NCBI GenBank assembly: GCA_051532055.1
Contig: JAOPTX010000004.1
Coordinates: 126,930-190,929 of the forward strand
Reading direction: 5' to 3'
DNA length: 64,000 bases
Origin: Fibrobacterales bacterium
GTDB taxonomy: Bacteria > Fibrobacterota > Fibrobacteria > Fibrobacterales > JAOPTW01
Below the pieces are notes generated by a model. The model was not told the origin of the DNA. It saw nothing but the letters and a program-made list of their open reading frames with translations, and searched no databases. Below, piece after piece: positions 60,401 through 64,000 of this stretch (positions within the stretch are counted from its first letter, which is position 1; the number at the start of each line of letters is the position of its first letter). The position numbers and the translations under genes were made by a program.

Positions 60401-60482
60401 GATAGATGAAAATCGCGCCATAGGCAAGAAGCCCAGTGAAAACGCCAATAATTATAGACCAGATAATCAGTTTTTTTAACAT
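57441..60482 (-). CDS. Class A penicillin-binding protein (PBP1A-like transglycosylase/transpeptidase)
   Basis: N-terminal TM; GT motifs EDQNYFSHEG, GGSTLTQQAAKN, RKVKE, KEQILEFYLN; TP motifs SSWK, SEN, KTGT. Confidence 0.92.
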   Translation of the reverse strand: MLKKLIIWSIIIGVFTGLLAYGAIFIYLPSQDPHNEMTKDAILNTLKSETVVLYEDEDNQLGAFFSKEHRRYADYATIPQHIVQGLIAGEDQNYFSHEGFDPKGFGRALFKTITTGKKQGGSTLTQQAAKNLFSLYDRTLTRKVKELIYAKRLEYYFTKEQILEFYLNQFYVSGTGRGVAIAAKYFFNKTLDQLTLRECAFIAGSVKGPSNYDPFIKRTQERKNTALTRGVHRTNYILNRMSTEGYISETERLQAVNDTLAFDKGNFKSALSTPMSWVYQQLQSEEMQKILIDEGLVPWEESQLTIITTLRKDLQDGLVHSNKKNLSRLETLINGYKKPSREKPSKYSYTTPGEFGYGKVEQIERSTKGSITKVHISMGQVQGTIEKKELKKWALKQASHKYGRTWSLSSKRYNTLINPLIKSGAILYLRTINTPQGLDDAQYSIEQEPTIEGASYLLHQGKIQGVSNGFRNRGYDRISRANRQFGSSWKPLLYATALENGWGYMDLLENENNVFQYSTSFYFPNPDHKKRGNQVSLTWAATRSENIASIYLLTHLLDKLPSGKFWNQAKRFRFTPASDESDNAYYERLRDSLGLHLNKKANLEMRFAKAKEQLMTELAFLEDMDQIQFVKQMQCGHGFKKQYAKQKNPTTKKFLLNNFLYHTAALNGIDKRPIYYNDSLNRYGSFLRKPDAPWKALPKETIYPTLDSLYINGGIQKTYLDSLVRLIGSPLKKNEMIQPENLRYFPDFNTSLSMEVYIDFCKRVGITQSLEKVLSLPLGANDIHLSEITHAYETILSGKQYKGLLNEWGEGVLIEKIYNNAGEIIFENDIQERHVLNDTLVSQMTIMLRSVIENGTGRFANRTVSLKNPESDEKFQYPLYGKTGTTNSFRNAAFLGGLAGWDDSADGFTPYAGYTLGSYVGFDNNKPMISRALKVSGASGPLPQWADMANVIITADSVHKNVDFLDFELLISNKITPINSLWGIQKAVDPLTGIFNTTDKGSNTLPYIYTIKD

Positions 60483-60542
60483 AGCAACCAGGAATGATGG
60501 ATTGCTAAAAGATACAAAAAAAGAGTATTGAGCGTGTTCTCG

Positions 60543-61538
60543 CTACTCAAATATTCGACCTTCTCGGTACCGGTCAATTATAGCTTCACTCTGTTGTCTG
60601 AGGCGCTCAAGGTAGGTTGTTTCAGCTTGTTCATTGTCGACTTCGGATACTTCTTCACGACTCTCTTCTTGCTGAATAACTTTATTTTCTACTACTTGCT
60701 CCTCTTCAGGAGTGTCGCGGTTGGTAGGAGGGGCAAAACGCTCTTCTCGCTCTTGTCGCTGTCGCCGTACTCCGGTTTCATCACCTGCAGCTTGCTGAAT
60801 CAGAGTGTTATCATTTTCATTTCGTTCAGTGTTCTCGATTCGAGCAGATAGGTTGGTAGCGTTTTCAGGAACTTGTGAGTCGGGAGCTCCACCTGTTTCA
60901 GGAGTTCCTCCAGCGAGGGTCGTTTCATCAGTGCCACTTTTATACGTATCCTGAGCATTGGCAAAGTTGAGTTGATTAAAAGGGGTACCCTCTGGGTTTG
61001 CATTGGACTCTAATCGAGAGTTGAGTTGATAGGATTCAGCTATACGAGAAGCCTGGTTTCGGCGGCTTTCTAACACTGATTGTTGATAGGTAATTTCATC
61101 TTGTTGCCCTGGGGCGTTAAAGGCGCTCTCATTTTGAAGATCAATATCACGTTGAGTTGCACTTTGATTCTCGGCTTGTAGGCTATTGACTCTATCAATA
61201 TACTCTTGAGCTGAATCAGCTTGATTGATAAATGATTGATTTCGTTCACCAGAGAGCTCGCTATTGCGGCTGATCTTTTGAACCACTTCGTAACTTTCCT
61301 CTTTACCTACTGAATTTTGAACTGCGAGTTCCTGTGCCCGGAGACTAATGGTCACATTGAAGTCTGGTTGAGAGCTTTTTGCTTGCTCAGCCTCTTCAGA
61401 GTAGCCTTTCTCCTCAACTTCACCTTTATGCTCAACTTTTTTAGCAAGTTGGGTGCGCTCGACATCTATGTCGAATTTAAATTCTTGACGATTTATTGCA
61501 GCGTCTAATCCTTGACTATTGATATTTTCATCAGCCAT
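60543..61538 (-). CDS. Acidic, low-complexity hypothetical protein, probably sigma-28 dependent
   Basis: 331-aa E/Q/N/S-rich ORF with no TM or signal peptide and no Cys or Trp seen; sigma-28-like promoter upstream. Confidence 0.75.
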   Translation of the reverse strand: MADENINSQGLDAAINRQEFKFDIDVERTQLAKKVEHKGEVEEKGYSEEAEQAKSSQPDFNVTISLRAQELAVQNSVGKEESYEVVQKISRNSELSGERNQSFINQADSAQEYIDRVNSLQAENQSATQRDIDLQNESAFNAPGQQDEITYQQSVLESRRNQASRIAESYQLNSRLESNANPEGTPFNQLNFANAQDTYKSGTDETTLAGGTPETGGAPDSQVPENATNLSARIENTERNENDNTLIQQAAGDETGVRRQRQEREERFAPPTNRDTPEEEQVVENKVIQQEESREEVSEVDNEQAETTYLERLRQQSEAIIDRYREGRIFE

Positions 61539-61644
61539 AACGATACCTACTCTTCCGATCTACGCTCAAGTATTAATGTCTATGTTCCGTCTTCCCTACG
61601 ATTACAATAGACTCTCGGGCGCAAATAGTGTCTTCCCATTATTA

Positions 61645-61671
61645 TTATCGGTAAATTAATGGAAAACTTGA
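61645..61671 (-). promoter_or_regulatory. Sigma-28 (FliA/SigD)-type promoter
   Basis: The minus strand reads TCAAGTTT-N11-ACCGATAA, versus consensus TAAAGTTT-N11-GCCGATAA. It lies about 105 nt upstream of the 61538 start. Confidence 0.72.
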
Positions 61672-62027
61672 GGTAAAACTTACTTTCGGGTTAAGAAATG
61701 TGTTAATTGTTGAGCTTTTTGTTTAATTGGCGTGTTTTTACCTATGCTGAATTACAGCAATTGTTAACGAATGGCAATGGCGGTATTAAAAATCGAAGAT
61801 GTGGCTTCAGAAGCAATTGTCTTAGGGTTATTAAAGTTATTTTGTCAAACTCAGTGCTTATTTTAAAGAGATAACACTAAAAAAGACTATAAGTGATTGT
61901 TTTGTGTGTCAGCAAATGTCAACAAATATTGAGGGAAGAGCGTGAGGCTTGAGTTTATTATTTGCAATGGGGAGTATTTTTTAAGGAAGGGATAATACAG
62001 ACACGACACTGGGACACAACGAGGGAT

Positions 62028-64000
62028 ATGAGAATGATACATAACATACATAGAGTGGTATTGATTGGATTAACGGGAGTTCTTTTTCACTGTTCAGAAC
62101 AGCCTGATGGAGTGGCTTTTGAGGATGGTGATTCATCAGAAGTAATTGATGAATCTTCAAGTAGTGAGAATGAAACGGAATCACCTGAAACTGTTTTTTC
62201 TTCATCAATGAGTATTGAAAATTCTTCAGCATGGAGCTCAGTTGATGAAGAGTCGAGTGATGCAGAAAGGAGCAGTCTTGTTGAATTGTCGTCAAGTGAG
62301 GTATCATCTGCTGTATCATCTATCGTGTCGTCTTCAGAAGAAATTTCATCTTCTGAGCCTCAATCGTCTTCAGAAGAGTCATCTGATGATGGCATCGTAT
62401 TTAGTAAGTCAGATAAAGAGTTCCCTGGCGGGAATCAGAGTAATCCTTTTTACCATAACCGTCCAGTACACCGGATTCCAGGTATTGTAATGACCAGTTC
62501 TGGTAGGCTGATAGCAGTAACGGAAGAACGTGAAGACTGGTCAGACCATGCTAATAAAGAAGCGGTTATTTCCCTTTCTGATGATGGTGGAAGAACCTGG
62601 CATAGTCAGACAATCCTTGGCGATGAAGGCGTTCATCCTACCGGAAATATTGCACCAGTGTGGGACGCTGTTATCAATCGCCTCGTTGTTTTATATAGTA
62701 AATATGAGGGAAGTGAAGGATCGCCATCAAATCCACGTCTCTATAGAAGATATTCAGATGATGAGGGGACAACCTGGACAGATCAGGAAGATATTACCCA
62801 TATTCTTAGTGGCCTTCCTTTTACTTTGATCATGCCTGGACCTGGTCATGGCATTCAATTGAAAAAATCAAATCGTGGACGTCTTATAGTACCTCTTTGG
62901 GGGTATGTAACAGGATATAATAAAGGAACGGTGCATTGCCTCTACTCTGATGATCACGGTATCACCTGGGTAAAAGGGTTTACCACTCATAAGGATGATG
63001 GGGTGTATAATCCAAATGAATCAGAATTTGTTGAACTTGACAACGGTGATATACTTGTTATTTCGCGGACCGGTATACAGGATGTCGAATATGGGCCTGG
63101 GATGGTACGGGCTGAATCAATCAGTAAAGACGGCGGAGAAACCGTTTCACGTATGTGGAATTCTTCTATGTATTCTGGTCCTGTGGTAATGGGGTCTGTT
63201 TTGGATGCTGGTGATAGACTCCTCTACTCGTCGCCATTAAAAAGGGATGGCCGAGATAATGTGGGGGTGCGTGAAAGTTATGATGGAGGGCAGACGTGGA
63301 GTTTTCCTAAACAGTTTATATCAGGTGGATCCGCCTATTCTGATTTGGTGATGATGGATGATAACACTGTAGGTATGCTTGTTGAACATAATGGCATTCT
63401 CTTTAAATCCTTCGATGTTGGTGATCTCGCGGCCAAAGTGATACCACTTGAAGATGCTTCTTCAAGTAACAGTGTTGCCCATATCTATACCCAGAAATCT
63501 GGAGGGACCGGTGAAATCGTAGCTGAGGGTAAGTTCGGTAAGGGTGGGTACCTTGATGGGGGAAGTTATCTCCATATTGCAAAAAATGAAAAAAATCTTA
63601 TTACGGGGGAATTTACAATGAACTTTTGGTATAAAGCTCATTCGCTCAATAGTGATAACCAGTCGCTCTTCTGGTTTTTTACACTGGGTCCAGCACGTGA
63701 TGCTCTTTGGACGCGGATAACTAAAACGGGGGTTAAAACATTGGTGAATGATGCTGGAGAAGGGGTGAGTGACTTGAGCTTTAGTAGTGGTGATGATTGG
63801 AGAATGTTTACCATGGTGCGCAGTGGCGATGACCTGGACGTATATATTGATACCGATTTAAAAAAGACAATCAGTGGCGCGTTCAAAGACAACTCCTTTG
63901 CTGAGCTCACCGACTTTGGGTATCTTTTTGGAGCGCGCCCTAACAACGGTGCATCAACAGGGTACAGTGAATACTTTAAAGGTGTTCTTGATGAGATTAA
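62028..64000 (+). CDS. GH33 sialidase-family lipoprotein with Ser-rich linker and C-terminal LamG/ConA-like domain; runs off the right edge
   Basis: Absent from the ORF track. Manual translation from ATG 62028 is open to the window end: VLFHC lipobox-like, Ser/Glu linker, HRIP, Asp-boxes SDDGGRTW, SDDEGTTW, SDDHGITW, SKDGGET and SYDGGQTW, GPGHG, PNES, SAYSD, then FTMNFW...FKGVLDEI (LamG). Confidence 0.9.
   Translation, partial: MRMIHNIHRVVLIGLTGVLFHCSEQPDGVAFEDGDSSEVIDESSSSENETESPETVFSSSMSIENSSAWSSVDEESSDAERSSLVELSSSEVSSAVSSIVSSSEEISSSEPQSSSEESSDDGIVFSKSDKEFPGGNQSNPFYHNRPVHRIPGIVMTSSGRLIAVTEEREDWSDHANKEAVISLSDDGGRTWHSQTILGDEGVHPTGNIAPVWDAVINRLVVLYSKYEGSEGSPSNPRLYRRYSDDEGTTWTDQEDITHILSGLPFTLIMPGPGHGIQLKKSNRGRLIVPLWGYVTGYNKGTVHCLYSDDHGITWVKGFTTHKDDGVYNPNESEFVELDNGDILVISRTGIQDVEYGPGMVRAESISKDGGETVSRMWNSSMYSGPVVMGSVLDAGDRLLYSSPLKRDGRDNVGVRESYDGGQTWSFPKQFISGGSAYSDLVMMDDNTVGMLVEHNGILFKSFDVGDLAAKVIPLEDASSSNSVAHIYTQKSGGTGEIVAEGKFGKGGYLDGGSYLHIAKNEKNLITGEFTMNFWYKAHSLNSDNQSLFWFFTLGPARDALWTRITKTGVKTLVNDAGEGVSDLSFSSGDDWRMFTMVRSGDDLDVYIDTDLKKTISGAFKDNSFAELTDFGYLFGARPNNGASTGYSEYFKGVLDEI

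Noticed and set aside
61981..63946. Several short ORFs suggesting a fragmented or pseudogene region
   Set aside because: A single plus-strand frame from 62028 is open to the window end; the short ORFs are shadows of it.
1..64000. CRISPR arrays, tRNA/rRNA, IS elements, integrases, prophage, defence systems, dif site
   Set aside because: No repeat-spacer periodicity, structural RNA signature, recombinase or transposase motif, or phage gene was found by eye. A covariance-model search would be needed to exclude small RNAs, especially in 61672-62027.

Overview
This is a gene-dense, AT-rich bacterial chromosomal segment. I found no rRNA, tRNA, CRISPR array, prophage or IS element. Ser-rich-linker lipoproteins, recurrent TA(T/C)ATTT promoter-like elements and a Bacteroidota-like topoisomerase IV suggest an FCB-group organism, possibly a flagellated Fibrobacterota; this taxonomy is inference only. 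Housekeeping genes include rel/spoT (cut by the left edge), an RpoD-like sigma factor lacking region 1.1, parE/parC, gcvT, ftsK, a class A PBP, DAHP synthase, M3 and M20 peptidases, a Zn/Mn ABC importer and a CoA-disulfide reductase. Signalling and motility genes are abundant: three chemoreceptors (heme-c DUF3365-like, Cache, CZB), two FapA/DUF342 paralogues flanking a sensor-less kinase and a response regulator, a hybrid kinase, and a CHASE2 adenylate cyclase. Two large genes are missing from the ORF track because they cross the window edges: rel (1..1529, minus strand) and a GH33 sialidase-LamG lipoprotein (62028..64000, plus strand). The most notable observations are: (1) a histone-H1-like poly-KKxx region fused to a CBM48 glycogen-binding domain; (2) an orphan acidic protein behind a near-consensus sigma-28 promoter with a GGA-rich leader; (3) a tightly coupled sigma / Csd6-Pgp2-like peptidase / coiled-coil / Rel operon; (4) the FapA-HK-RR-FapA cassette; and (5) a class A PBP coupled to a helical lipoprotein that could be an Lpo-like activator. 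All calls come from manual motif reading, with no database searches.
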